Position numbers and translations under genes: made by a program. The notes under the pieces were generated by a model. The model was not told the DNA's origin, made no database searches, and saw only the letters and a program-made list of their open reading frames with translations. 64,000 nt of DNA from a virus: the IMG/VR virus record IMGVR_UViG_3300034279_000305, positions 22,962 through 86,961 of that record, one strand, 5' to 3'. This document shows, one piece after another, positions 26,038 to 35,496 of the stretch (positions are counted from its first letter, which is position 1; the number at the start of each line of letters is the position of its first letter).

Positions 26038-27840
26038 TTATCCTTCGCATGCAACACAGGTGTCACCTTCGATCATTGCTTTGAAGTCGAGTTCTTTAAT
26101 TACTTCTCGTTCAATACGCTTTGATACCTTATCTGCCTTACCAATCTTCTCGGAACGGCAATAGTATAGAGTCTTCAAACCTTGCTTCCATGCAAGATAA
26201 TGGACTGCATGAATATATTTGATATTTGCATCAGGACGGAAGAATAGATTGAGGGACTGTGCCTGATCAATAAACTTCTGTCTGTCTGCTGCATGTTCAA
26301 TAACCCAACGCTGATCGATTTCCATCGAGGTTTTGTAGACACTCTTAGTAATATCGTCCATCCATGTAAGGTGCTGCACCGAACCATCGTTGGCGATAAT
26401 CGAGGACCAAACCTCGTCATACCAACCAGCAGGTCTGCCGAATGCCGCTTCTTCTAGAATAATCGCGTCAAGATATTTATTCTTATTCAAAAATGAACCC
26501 GATAGTGTATCTTGACGATATGCATTTGCTCGCCATGGTTCAATCGACGGACTAGTATTACCCATGATGATTGACGACGATGCGTTTGGAGCAATTGCCT
26601 GCATATGTGAGAAACGACGACCAGTGCCAGCAGCATCAGGTGCTTCGCCACGCTCTGTTCCAAGTTCTAGATTCGCAGTATCTAGACGATTCTTGATTAG
26701 TTTGAACATTCGCATGTTCGTTCCCTTAGCGACTGCCGACTCCCACGCAATACCCTTGCGCTGAAGATAAGCATGGAAACCTAGTGCACCGATACCAATA
26801 GAACGTTCGCGCTTTGCTGAATAGATCGCACGAGCAACCTGCTTCGGAGCATTGTCAATAAAGTATTGTAACACGTTATCTAGCATTTCCGCCATGTCCT
26901 TGAGGAACAACGGATCTTTCGACCATGCATCATAGTATTCTAGATTAACGGACGAGAGGCAGCAAACCGCAGTACGCTTCCTATCCGTTGGAAGAATGAT
27001 TTCTGAACAGAGATTTGACTGATGAATCTTTAGACCAAGATCCTTCTGGAACTGCGGCATTGCACGATTAGACGTATCAATAAAGTGTAGGTATGGTTCA
27101 CCTGTCATCATACGAAGTTCGAGAATCTTCTGCCAAAGTTCCTTCGCTGAAACTGTGTCGCGGATTTCACCCGATTTCGGATCGGTAAGGTTCCAACTGT
27201 CGTCGGCATCCTTGTCCGTCATACAACGCTCAACGATTTCCATAAACGCATCCGAGATGTTGATCCCATGGTGCAGGTTCAGTGCACGCATGTTGGGATC
27301 ACCCGTCGGTTTGCGCATCTCTAGAAATAACCCAACATCAGGGTGAGAAATATCCAGATAAGCAGCATAAGAACCACGACGAGTGCGACCTTGACGGTAA
27401 GCCATACTAGAAGCATCATAAGTGCGAAGGTGAGGCATAACGCCAGTAGACTTATCATCTGCGGCGCGAATGCCAAAACCAATACCAACGCCGCCACCAA
27501 GCATAGACAACCAGTTAGTTTCTGAAAGATTTTCAACTAGACCCTCCGCAGTATCGTCAATGAAGTTTAGAAAACATGAGATTGGCATACCACGCTTCGA
27601 CCGACCAAACGAGAGGATCGGAGTGGCATATGACAACCAGTGCTTTGACGCATATTCGTATAGACGCTGCGCATGTTCAGGATTAGAACCGAACGTCTTT
27701 GAAACAAAAGCGAACCGATGTTGTGGAGACGTTTCGTCGTCCTTCATATATGATTCTTGAAGTCGCTGAATACCTAGTTTGTCAAACAGGGAGTCCCGTG
27801 ATAGGTCAATTTCAATATCCAGATAATTCTCTCTTGCCAT
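26038..27840 (-). CDS. nrdA: ribonucleotide reductase class Ia alpha subunit
   Basis: SCF, SNLCSEI, APNASSS, KTLYY, C-terminal CVAC. Confidence 0.96.
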   Translation of the reverse strand: MARENYLDIEIDLSRDSLFDKLGIQRLQESYMKDDETSPQHRFAFVSKTFGSNPEHAQRLYEYASKHWLSYATPILSFGRSKRGMPISCFLNFIDDTAEGLVENLSETNWLSMLGGGVGIGFGIRAADDKSTGVMPHLRTYDASSMAYRQGRTRRGSYAAYLDISHPDVGLFLEMRKPTGDPNMRALNLHHGINISDAFMEIVERCMTDKDADDSWNLTDPKSGEIRDTVSAKELWQKILELRMMTGEPYLHFIDTSNRAMPQFQKDLGLKIHQSNLCSEIILPTDRKRTAVCCLSSVNLEYYDAWSKDPLFLKDMAEMLDNVLQYFIDNAPKQVARAIYSAKRERSIGIGALGFHAYLQRKGIAWESAVAKGTNMRMFKLIKNRLDTANLELGTERGEAPDAAGTGRRFSHMQAIAPNASSSIIMGNTSPSIEPWRANAYRQDTLSGSFLNKNKYLDAIILEEAAFGRPAGWYDEVWSSIIANDGSVQHLTWMDDITKSVYKTSMEIDQRWVIEHAADRQKFIDQAQSLNLFFRPDANIKYIHAVHYLAWKQGLKTLYYCRSEKIGKADKVSKRIEREVIKELDFKAMIEGDTCVACEG

Positions 27841-28383
27841 TTATAGTCCCTGTTCCTTCAACACTTTTTCGATGTCTGGTTTGAAATATGATTCTGGTTT
27901 CAGAATCTTACCATCCTCGCGCTTTTTAATCTTACCATTATCAGAAACCTTGCTCATGTTAGAAGCACGCACTTCTTTCCACACTTCTTCAAAGTTGATA
28001 CCAAGAGTTGCAAACAATCCTTGAACAACCCAGACTAGATCGGCACCACCGTCAGCAATGTCTCCAATATGACGACGAAGAAACCCATCGCAAAGTTCGC
28101 GGTATTCTTCATCGATTAGATTAATATATAGGCTTGCTTGCGCCATATTATCATCATTTAGATGAGGTTTTACACCAACATATTGATCCGCTGCGGACAT
28201 AAATTCAGTAACGTCTTCTTGATAATTCATAGTATTTTCTTTCATTAGTGTAAAACTTCCATCTTCATTGGCAACCCACGTGATAGTATCACCTTCTTTC
28301 CATTGCAGTTTTTCGAAACCTTCCCAAACAATATAGTGCTCGTCTGCGAAAGGATCGTATTCAACTTTAATAGTATCACTCAT
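27841..28383 (-). CDS. MazG-like NTP pyrophosphohydrolase with AbrB-like N-terminal extension
   Basis: LIDEEYREL, D...DL..V, EV..SNMSK, REDGKILKP. Confidence 0.8.
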   Translation of the reverse strand: MSDTIKVEYDPFADEHYIVWEGFEKLQWKEGDTITWVANEDGSFTLMKENTMNYQEDVTEFMSAADQYVGVKPHLNDDNMAQASLYINLIDEEYRELCDGFLRRHIGDIADGGADLVWVVQGLFATLGINFEEVWKEVRASNMSKVSDNGKIKKREDGKILKPESYFKPDIEKVLKEQGL

Positions 28384-29096
28384 TTGCGCACCTCTTCAAG
28401 AATGTGATATTTAGGTTCCCATCCGAGTCTGCGCATTTCATCGATATTGGCATGAGTGACTTCTCTCTCACCAACAACATCTTTGAAAGGAACATCTCGG
28501 TATCCATAGGTATCCAAAACTTCACTGACAGAGATCGGTTCATCCGACCCAATATCTACTATACCCGAATAATTCGGATTAGTCAATAGAATTTCAATCG
28601 CAGAGCAAATATCTTCAACATGCGTCCAGTCTCGAAGATGTTCTGTTTTATATTCGATTTTATTATTAAGCATCATATCATAGAACATATCAGGGCGACT
28701 GTCTGGACCATAAACTGTATGGAATCTCATACCAATTGAGGTATATGGCGCAAGTTCTTCCATCGCCTTTTTGCTGGTAGCATATGGATTTTTCCACCAC
28801 TCATAAATTGAGGAGGAAGATGCATAGATTACCTTTACCCGATTAATCTCTGCCCATCTAAAGATGCGATTCGATGCAGTCACATTAGTTTCCCAATAAC
28901 CTTCTGGATCGTCCCAACTTTTGCGAACACCAGCGAGTGCTGCTAGGTGTAGAACAACATCTGGGTTCCCGTAAGACTCTGTCATCTTCCATTCACGAAT
29001 ATCTCCCTCGTATGGAATTACAGTGTGATTCTTAGAAAGAATACGAAGCGCATTCCTACCGATAAACCCTTCATGTCCAGTTAGTAGAATTCTCAC
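28380..29096 (-). CDS. NAD-dependent epimerase/dehydratase
   Basis: TGHEGFIG, HLAA, ASSSS, YATSK, RF.TVYGP, RD.THV.D. Confidence 0.9.
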   Translation of the reverse strand: MRILLTGHEGFIGRNALRILSKNHTVIPYEGDIREWKMTESYGNPDVVLHLAALAGVRKSWDDPEGYWETNVTASNRIFRWAEINRVKVIYASSSSIYEWWKNPYATSKKAMEELAPYTSIGMRFHTVYGPDSRPDMFYDMMLNNKIEYKTEHLRDWTHVEDICSAIEILLTNPNYSGIVDIGSDEPISVSEVLDTYGYRDVPFKDVVGEREVTHANIDEMRRLGWEPKYHILEEVRK

Positions 29097-29791
29097 GGGA
29101 GTTTTCTTTCAAACTCTGCTTGTGCTGCCATGCTATCTAGAGCTGCCTTGACATCAGGGAAGTGATGGGCAATTATATCCCAGCACTGCACTGCAACGAT
29201 ACGGTGTTCCTTTTGAGTCGCCTTATCCATGCGCAACTGACAGTAGTGAACCCATGACCGAAGCGAACCTGCCATGATGATAGTTGATTCTGTTAGACCT
29301 TCAGGGAGAACAGCACGTGCCTGTTCCTTGGCGATACCATTTTCAATTGCCCACTCATAAGCATCTACCGCAGCATGAGTTAAGGTTCGTTGTTTCAAAT
29401 CCCACTCTCCAGCAAGTTCGCTATCTTCAACTTCTACTGAGTTCTGTCTGTTCTTGGCATCCTGCAGACGTGCTTCCCGTACAACAAATCCCAGATCCTT
29501 GGTTGGATCGGCGTAACGCTGACTGTACTCTTGGAATCTGAAAGAACTATGCCGCAAAATCTGGCGGGCAATATCTCGTGTTGTTTTAATTTCCATTGCG
29601 ACATGGACCATCTCCAGTGGTGACCAGTGTTGGTTCTTAATAAGATACTGAACCAGTTTAGGTGCTGTTGCGGTGTTGTTTTGGTTTGACGGATTAGATA
29701 CTCTTGCTGCCCATGCAACAAGTTCATTAGCAGTATTACATTCTGTGTAGGCAGAAGGTTTCGACAGACTTACTAGGTTTACTTCACTCAT
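29093..29791 (-). CDS. thyX: FAD-dependent thymidylate synthase
   Basis: HWSPLE, RQILRH...QEYSQRY, EQARAVLP, TQKEHR. Confidence 0.95.
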   Translation of the reverse strand: MSEVNLVSLSKPSAYTECNTANELVAWAARVSNPSNQNNTATAPKLVQYLIKNQHWSPLEMVHVAMEIKTTRDIARQILRHSSFRFQEYSQRYADPTKDLGFVVREARLQDAKNRQNSVEVEDSELAGEWDLKQRTLTHAAVDAYEWAIENGIAKEQARAVLPEGLTESTIIMAGSLRSWVHYCQLRMDKATQKEHRIVAVQCWDIIAHHFPDVKAALDSMAAQAEFERKLP

Positions 29792-29985
29792 TAAATGTTT
29801 TCCAATGCTTCCAACTTGTCTTTGTATTCAGCGATATGACCAAGTTCTAGTTCAATCGCACCCATGAAGTCAGTATGCTCATGAATTGCCATTGGGTTAT
29901 TCATCATAACACGCACGTTCATTGCATGCTTTTCAATGTGTGCTTGAAAATGCTTCCGAAGCACATGTTTAATATCATCTTTCAT
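29791..29985 (-). CDS. hypothetical protein
   Basis: 64-aa ORF, coupled. Confidence 0.6.
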   Translation of the reverse strand: MKDDIKHVLRKHFQAHIEKHAMNVRVMMNNPMAIHEHTDFMGAIELELGHIAEYKDKLEALENI

Positions 29986-30527
29986 TCAACTCTCCATGAT
30001 TTTGTATTCAGTTTAATATTAGTCGGCCAATCACCCTCGGTAAATGACTTGTCGTGGAACCGTAGTTCATTTGTTGGCATGATACACAGTCTGCCATTGT
30101 CTAGTTCTATAAACATAAACTCCTTAGACTGCGATGGATGCATACTGTAACCATCGTTCATCGGAATGGCAGTAAACAGATAGCGACCAAACTCTCCAGT
30201 GCTCCGTATCTCTGCTCGCTGGGTGTTTAGATAATCATAACTGACAACTGAGAATTGATCACCATAACAATCCCATACCTGTGTATCATCAAGTCTCCAA
30301 AATGGTTCTGGTTCTACAGAAAATGCCAGAGCATGCGGAGGAACGCCACGGTAGACTGCACCACATTCCAACATCACATGGCAACCCCATGAATGTCCAG
30401 GTTTTGAATGTAATGCAAACCAAACGCAGGGTTCAAAGATATAAGGTTCTACATCTTTACGAATGAATGATGATTGCACCCAGCAGTAAATATGATTTGG
30501 GATGTTTCCCGATCCAGTATAAAGCAT
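29982..30527 (-). CDS. hypothetical phage protein
   Basis: 181-aa ORF, coupled. Confidence 0.65.
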   Translation of the reverse strand: MLYTGSGNIPNHIYCWVQSSFIRKDVEPYIFEPCVWFALHSKPGHSWGCHVMLECGAVYRGVPPHALAFSVEPEPFWRLDDTQVWDCYGDQFSVVSYDYLNTQRAEIRSTGEFGRYLFTAIPMNDGYSMHPSQSKEFMFIELDNGRLCIMPTNELRFHDKSFTEGDWPTNIKLNTKSWRVE

Positions 30528-30805
30528 TACTCGACTTCAAATTCTTTGACAGTCTGGAACTGTGCCTTGCTTACGAAACCAATGCCCAATAGATGGTCTA
30601 CACGGTCAGTTGCATCGGCATAATTTGCATACCTGCCATCATCGAACCACCACCATCGGTCGAGACCAAGAAACCAGCGAGGTTCGCGTCGGTATTCGAC
30701 CAACCACATATCGTCTGTTCGATGAATACGCAACTTTGTAATTCTGGTATGACGGATTTCTACGCCATATTCATTAGCGACCAATTCGCTCATACTTTCC
30801 TCCAC
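30527..30805 (-). CDS. hypothetical protein
   Basis: 92-aa ORF. Confidence 0.55.
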   Translation of the reverse strand: MEESMSELVANEYGVEIRHTRITKLRIHRTDDMWLVEYRREPRWFLGLDRWWWFDDGRYANYADATDRVDHLLGIGFVSKAQFQTVKEFEVE

Positions 30806-31821
30806 ATGGCATACTTTGCCTTTGCTGATAGACCTTGAAACGTATTATCATTTATAATACTCTGGATTTCACCAGAAGTCAATCCATTTTCAATCATTTC
30901 ATTAATATCTTTTCCTGGAACATCTGGCCAGATGACCATCTTATACCCCATATCAATATACTTATTCATCAACTTACCAACGTCTCTGTTTTTAGGTTGG
31001 TTGTCGAAAATAATTGTTATTTTTTCTTTCGGTATCGGGAGTTGGTCGATTTTTCCGAATGACGTTCCAGCACAAGCGATAGAATTATCCAGAAAAAGGG
31101 AGTCAAGGGGTCCTTCGACGACGAGTACTTCTTTTGTAGGATCGATTTGATCCAAACCGAAAATCGATGGTGCATCTTCATCTACCTTAACATTGATATA
31201 CCGTAATGACTCACCTCTGATTCCACGAAGACTAACAACAAGTAGTTTACCAGCGCCATCAAGAAAAGGAATCGCGAGTCTCGGTTCAGTTGTGATGATC
31301 GAATCTTTGTATTTAGCATTAAGTTGAACCACGTCTTTAACATTAGGAATGAAATACAACCGATCAAAAGCAGAGCGAGGGATTTTGCGGTCAGTAACAT
31401 ATTGGATTACCTCATGATCATCTGGTAGTGTGTCAAGTCGATCCATAATCGAGTCGAGTAGTTTGGGTTCAGGTTTCTTGGCAAACTTCGGTTCTTCAAA
31501 CTTGAGAACTGATTCTACAGTCTTGTGTGATGTCTTATTATGAGCGCCATCGGCATAACGCTCTACGACATATTGACTATAAAGATTTGAATCGAAGTTC
31601 TTCAGGAAGGTTCCGAAGTGATGACTCGCGCCACATTTATGGCACTTGTAATACAGATCGTTCTTCCCGCGATAGAAGTATCCTCGCGCCTTGCGCTTAT
31701 TACGCTGTGAGTCGCCGCAGAGAGGACACCTGCAGTTATATAGATCTTGTGATTTTTTCTTGAAGTTCTCGAGACGATACGAAACCGAATGGAGATACTT
31801 GATATCAATATATAAACTCAT
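30790..31821 (-). CDS. 61: DNA primase (T4 gp61)
   Basis: RCPLCGDS...KARG, CHKC, VVEGPLDSLF, FDNQP, KDINEM. Confidence 0.95.
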   Translation of the reverse strand: MSLYIDIKYLHSVSYRLENFKKKSQDLYNCRCPLCGDSQRNKRKARGYFYRGKNDLYYKCHKCGASHHFGTFLKNFDSNLYSQYVVERYADGAHNKTSHKTVESVLKFEEPKFAKKPEPKLLDSIMDRLDTLPDDHEVIQYVTDRKIPRSAFDRLYFIPNVKDVVQLNAKYKDSIITTEPRLAIPFLDGAGKLLVVSLRGIRGESLRYINVKVDEDAPSIFGLDQIDPTKEVLVVEGPLDSLFLDNSIACAGTSFGKIDQLPIPKEKITIIFDNQPKNRDVGKLMNKYIDMGYKMVIWPDVPGKDINEMIENGLTSGEIQSIINDNTFQGLSAKAKYAMWRKV

Positions 31822-31861
31822 AATATAGTTATACCCGATTTCATCGGAGAAGTAAAGGCTT

Positions 31862-32329
31862 TTATTGAATAAATTTCATAAGCATTGGAAGTATCTTGGT
31901 AATGATAGCACCAAGAACGATACCACCACCAATCATAATATACTTGGTTTTTTCCAATTTGTCAATACGATTTTTATGTTTTTCTTCTTCTTTATCAACT
32001 GAACCTTTAAGATCCCTGATAGCAGCAAGCATCTTGTCTTCAGTCGACTGAATTTTTGCCTCGAGTTCACGAGTGGTTGTCGTGATACGCGAATGTAACT
32101 CGGCGTTACTTTCCTTGGTTTCTTGTCTATGCACTTCTAAACTCGTGTAGATATCTTCGTTGACTGTTTCTTGCGCATCGAGTTTGGTGTCATGGACAGC
32201 GAGCATCTTATTGATGCAGTTGGAAACATCACCAATCTTTTCGATGGCAAGGTCGAGACGACTGAACACGACCTGAATTTGCTTCAGATCGTGTTCGATT
32301 ACCGCGACTTTTGTTTCCAAAGATTCCAA
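31862..32329 (-). CDS. coiled-coil protein with C-terminal TM
   Basis: Heptads plus YIMIGGGIVLGAII; next to endolysin. Confidence 0.6.
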   Translation of the reverse strand: MESLETKVAVIEHDLKQIQVVFSRLDLAIEKIGDVSNCINKMLAVHDTKLDAQETVNEDIYTSLEVHRQETKESNAELHSRITTTTRELEAKIQSTEDKMLAAIRDLKGSVDKEEEKHKNRIDKLEKTKYIMIGGGIVLGAIITKILPMLMKFIQ

Positions 32330-32500
32330 TTACTTTGCCTTTGGTTTACGTGCTTTTTTGACAACTGCTTTAACTTCTTCAAACTTGTCTTCTGCCTTGT
32401 CAACTGCTGCAGTAATCTCAGCAAGATCGACCTTGCCATCCTTGTTAGTGTCAACAAAACCGAAAAGTTTCTTTAGTGCGTCTTTGATTTGATTAAGCAT
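32330..32500 (-). CDS. small EF-hand protein
   Basis: DTNKDGKVDLAE loop. Confidence 0.6.
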   Translation of the reverse strand: MLNQIKDALKKLFGFVDTNKDGKVDLAEITAAVDKAEDKFEEVKAVVKKARKPKAK

Positions 32501-32504
32501 ATTC

Positions 32505-33680
32505 TTATCCCCATGCTGCGAATTGTTTGGTTTTCTTAATGCGGTCATCTAGACCATGCGTACCACCATTTACACGACGAGTAATCTGACCGATGACTGC
32601 ATCAGATACACCCTTACCCGCGATTGCGAACAGACCGTTCTTGTTGAAGAACCATAGTGCTGATTCGAATGCGAGTTCAGTTGCGACGATATCTGGATCT
32701 GTTAGAACGTCTGGGCGACCGATGTCTTGGGCGAATTGAGTGTAGTTGCTCTTACCAGTTAACTGGATCGGACCACGTCCACGGAATTTCCATCCATCAC
32801 CCGATGACTCTGGACCATTGCCCATACGATTAGCATAGACCTTGTTAGCAATCTTCTCTGGTTTGCGAGCATACCCTGCAGTCGATGCGATTGTTGGGAA
32901 ATACTTCTTGAAGATACCGTTCAGACCCTTGTCTGAGTAGTTCAGGTTCTCTTGGAATACCTTGAAACCACCCGACTCGTGTGCGCACTGTCCGAAGAAG
33001 TGAGCAGCACCAGCTGTCGACAACTTGTAGTAATCTCTTGCTGCCTTGAATGTTCCTGGACCCCACTTACCATCGGCAGTAATACCGCACTTAGTTTGAA
33101 GTGCTGCCATTGGTCCAAGACCAGCAACAGTTGGTGCTTGGACTGCTGCCTTAGCAACCTGCGCGACTGCTTGAACGGCAGGAGCACCTGCTTCTCTAGT
33201 AGTCGATGGATCGAAATCTTTAACAGGAGTATACTTTGTTCCACCTGCCTTAGACTTGGTAGCAACCAGACGCTGCTTGCGGTTTCCGCCTTCCTTCTTA
33301 ATGGAAGCATGGACCCAACCAGAGTTCTTATCACCAGCAGCATAGAATTCTAGGATGACTTGGTCAAACTCTAGATTGTCAGCAACCCAGTCAGCAACCT
33401 TCTTATTGTCAACACCCTTTACTTCAAAGTCAATTGCTTGACCATTAACGTGCTGGGAAGTAGCAGATCCACCAACTGCCTTATTGACAAGTGGTGCACG
33501 ATACGAAGAGTTGATTGTTACTGGACCAAACTTGGCACGAACAGGTTCGAGAATCTTTTCACAGCAGTAACGCATGTTCTCAATATGTTCAGCAGTTGGT
33601 GTGTTAGGAATGCCAAGACGCTTTGCGGTTGGCGATACAATCATTTCTGCGAGAGTAAAATGTTCAGTTAGTTGTGTCAT
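32505..33680 (-). CDS. endolysin: peptidase M15 + GH19 glycosidase
   Basis: HFTLAE, SSYR, SQH..GQAID, WVH; then AHESGGF, FRGRGPIQLTG..NY, RRVNGG..GL.DR. Confidence 0.92.
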   Translation of the reverse strand: MTQLTEHFTLAEMIVSPTAKRLGIPNTPTAEHIENMRYCCEKILEPVRAKFGPVTINSSYRAPLVNKAVGGSATSQHVNGQAIDFEVKGVDNKKVADWVADNLEFDQVILEFYAAGDKNSGWVHASIKKEGGNRKQRLVATKSKAGGTKYTPVKDFDPSTTREAGAPAVQAVAQVAKAAVQAPTVAGLGPMAALQTKCGITADGKWGPGTFKAARDYYKLSTAGAAHFFGQCAHESGGFKVFQENLNYSDKGLNGIFKKYFPTIASTAGYARKPEKIANKVYANRMGNGPESSGDGWKFRGRGPIQLTGKSNYTQFAQDIGRPDVLTDPDIVATELAFESALWFFNKNGLFAIAGKGVSDAVIGQITRRVNGGTHGLDDRIKKTKQFAAWG

Positions 33681-33691
33681 TATCTTACCCC

Positions 33692-34141
33692 TTAAAATGG
33701 ACCGAAGTCGTCGTCGCTGTCTTTATACTTATCGATAGCAGCCATTAGTTTGATTTCAGTATCTGCTTCGATCGACTCTGCTTTGGCGTGTTCAGTGTGC
33801 GCCTCAGCAAGATGCTTATAGTCAGTCTTACCAAGTTCCTGAACCTTAACATTTGGATCAAACTCAGTGACCTTCATGCCCATCATCGTTGCAAAAGCAC
33901 CAACAAAAGCACCAATAATCATCGAGAACGCAGGACCAATAATCTTAAAGATCTCATTATTATCGATTAGATCGTTTGGCATGAACATGCCAATAAGGAA
34001 GATGAATACAACTGCTAACATGATAGATGCTAGAACAATCGTTACCATCTTCATAATGGTAAGTTGGACTTTGCCCTTCTCGAGTTCAAGTTGTTCCAGC
34101 GATTCAATCGGTGGTGATGAGAAAAAATTTGACAAATTCAT
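33692..34141 (-). CDS. two-TM membrane protein (holin candidate)
   Basis: Two TMs directly upstream of endolysin. Confidence 0.5.
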   Translation of the reverse strand: MNLSNFFSSPPIESLEQLELEKGKVQLTIMKMVTIVLASIMLAVVFIFLIGMFMPNDLIDNNEIFKIIGPAFSMIIGAFVGAFATMMGMKVTEFDPNVKVQELGKTDYKHLAEAHTEHAKAESIEADTEIKLMAAIDKYKDSDDDFGPF

Positions 34142-34146
34142 GGGAA

Positions 34147-34686
34147 TTATTTCCTTCTTATAATTTTATTCTTTTTACGCCACTTCTTCTGAGCAGCCTT
34201 AGAAACTCCAGGTTCCGCTTGGTTTGGAATACTTGGATTATTTATACCGATACCAGCAATAGCACCACCAGCGACGCCCATGCCTTCTTCAGTAACATAG
34301 TCTTTAAATGACAACATTGTATTCAATTCCAATTGTTCTGCAATAGATTTAGTTTCTTCGTGTTCCATTGTCATATAAAGAATTTCTTCTAGGATATCCT
34401 CGTCGTATTCGACGTTTTCCTTAACAAGTGCAATAGCAGCAGCGAAAGAAAGAAACTTACTATTCGCAAATGGAACTTTTTCTATGATTCGCTTCAACTT
34501 AAAGACCATACGGTGAAGGAGACTGTATGATTCTCTTTCTTCTTCCGTTGCAAGATCCTGTTCTCTCTTCAGGACATTACCATGTGCATCGATGATACCG
34601 AGACGATATGCATCTGTCTCGGTAAATGAAGTCGTCAACATACGTAAAATGCGGTATGTTATCAGTGCATCGACAAACCTGGCCAT
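34147..34686 (-). CDS. conserved T4-like phage protein
   Basis: YR.L..L...F...DAY.LGIID..G..LK; internal MLSFKDYVTEE. Confidence 0.65.
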   Translation of the reverse strand: MARFVDALITYRILRMLTTSFTETDAYRLGIIDAHGNVLKREQDLATEEERESYSLLHRMVFKLKRIIEKVPFANSKFLSFAAAIALVKENVEYDEDILEEILYMTMEHEETKSIAEQLELNTMLSFKDYVTEEGMGVAGGAIAGIGINNPSIPNQAEPGVSKAAQKKWRKKNKIIRRK

Positions 34687-35039
34687 TAAATCCCTCTTAA
34701 CTTGTTAACGATCGTCTGATCCATAAAGACATCTGGTAACTCATCTTCTGTCATTCGATTTAAGAACAACAGAAACGGTTTAATCAGAGGCATTAGATCC
34801 GAAAGTTTATAGACAATCATATCTGTCGCTGCTTGATTGAACACATTATATAGAACCAACAAATGATTTATAATAAGACGATCGTTTAAAACATTAGTAT
34901 TTTGATATCGCGTCAACAATCTTCGAAGATAAACAAACCGCTTTAAATCTTCCTGTAAATCCGAAATACCAGTGCATCCAGGACTATCATAGTGTTTAAT
35001 TGCGAACATTAAAAAAGTTTCTTCATTCAATACATTCAT
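34686..35039 (-). CDS. conserved T4-like phage protein
   Basis: FAIKHY..P.C, EDLKRF.Y..RL, RLI.NH...LYNVF. Confidence 0.7.
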   Translation of the reverse strand: MNVLNEETFLMFAIKHYDSPGCTGISDLQEDLKRFVYLRRLLTRYQNTNVLNDRLIINHLLVLYNVFNQAATDMIVYKLSDLMPLIKPFLLFLNRMTEDELPDVFMDQTIVNKLRGI

Positions 35040-35040
35040 A

Positions 35041-35493
35041 TTATGTTACCGTTGCTGTGCCTCCAATGAAATACCATCTTCCAGTCAAGCACATCAACGT
35101 TGCAGTATCACCCGCTGAATTGAAAACAATTGAAGAATGACCAATATTATCATTGATTGTTAGAGCATGACCACCAGTATTACTTGTCATTACAACAACT
35201 TTAATCTGCCCGTCAGTTCCATCTACGATAGAAAGAGTCCCTGCACCATCAGGCGAAGTAATCTTTGTTACCAGTGAAGCGATACTGATGGCGCCAGCAG
35301 AAGTCATTGTCTGCACAGCGCCACCAAGAATCAGATCGTCTTCCAGAACTACAGGAACTGGAATACCACCAAACAGATTAGCAACACTTACCTTGTGATC
35401 ATATGGAGATGTTGCTGGTTTAACAACATACATCAAGTCTGTAGCAACAAGCGATGACGCTGTTGTTAGTGCGACAAGTTTGCTATCTGCCAT
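35041..35493 (-). CDS. probable virion structural protein
   Basis: MADSK..L, beta-rich Thr/Gly composition. Confidence 0.55.
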   Translation of the reverse strand: MADSKLVALTTASSLVATDLMYVVKPATSPYDHKVSVANLFGGIPVPVVLEDDLILGGAVQTMTSAGAISIASLVTKITSPDGAGTLSIVDGTDGQIKVVVMTSNTGGHALTINDNIGHSSIVFNSAGDTATLMCLTGRWYFIGGTATVT

Positions 35494-35496
35494 TTA

